From positions 1 through 24,240 of the IMG/VR virus record IMGVR_UViG_3300011438_000039: a stretch of DNA of 24,240 nucleotides. The stretch is one strand, 5' to 3'. The number at the start of each line of letters is the position of its first letter. Within the stretch, counting starts at the first letter, position 1. The position numbers and the translations under genes were made by a program. Below, in pieces: positions 24,072 to 24,240 of this stretch. This stretch comes from a virus (Duplodnaviria > Caudoviricetes). The notes under the pieces were generated by a model. It did no database searches, was not told where the DNA came from, and was given only the letters and a program-made list of their open reading frames with translations.

Positions 24072-24240
24072 ATGAAAAAAAGAACACAAGTTCAAATTGC
24101 AATCGACGCGCTGAAAAAGCAGTTGGGGAAATATAGTGAACAGCACGATAAAGCTGTCGCTGCCGAGGGCGAAGCGAAAGCAAGTATCCAGTTTTTTGCA
24201 AAGGAAATGCAACGGTTAAGGGAGCAGATTAAATCACTTG
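24072..24240 (+). CDS. Partial coiled-coil protein; absent from ORF track
   Basis: ATG at 24072: MKKRTQVQIAIDALKKQLGKYSEQHDKAVAAEGEAKASIQFFAKEMQRLREQIKSL, open to the edge. Confidence 0.7.
   Translation, partial: MKKRTQVQIAIDALKKQLGKYSEQHDKAVAAEGEAKASIQFFAKEMQRLREQIKSL

Larger units (their letters stand above)
1..24240. mobile_element. Temperate myovirus-type phage genome segment (probable Bacteroidetes host), in attP configuration
   Basis: Continuous terminase-head-contractile tail operon, tyrosine integrase, att-like site with phage genes on both sides, divergent repressor/early operon; no host housekeeping genes. Confidence 0.93.

Noticed and set aside
1-24240. CRISPR array, diversity-generating retroelement, invertible fibre cassette, lysis genes
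   Set aside because: No spaced repeat array, reverse transcriptase, invertase, holin or endolysin recognised in the window; they may lie outside it

Overview
The whole window is part of a temperate, contractile-tailed (myovirus-type) phage, most likely of a Bacteroidetes host. The host call rests on SD-less starts, TAnnTTTG-type promoters, Gln-at-+1 signal peptides and DUF2586/DUF6046-type tail genes. Positions 1-18006 (minus strand) are one late operon: terminases, Mu-like DUF1320/portal/gpF/gpG/neck genes, a baseplate wedge and short-fibre block, ClpP-type protease, major capsid, two paralogous decoration-like proteins, sheath, tube, frameshifted chaperone, tape measure, hub, spike, and fibre-like genes running off the left edge. 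A tyrosine integrase follows, next to an apparently intact attP (tRNA-Asp-like 3' end, paired arm-type repeats, two terminators), then an immunity switch and a rightward early operon. The most unusual observations are: (1) two consecutive fibre-like genes that begin with cleavable Sec signal peptides, alongside short triplicated candidate docking peptides on cytoplasmic virion proteins; (2) two adjacent baseplate genes whose N-termini appear swapped; (3) an integrase with a non-canonical catalytic signature. All family assignments come from motif recognition and gene order, not database searches.
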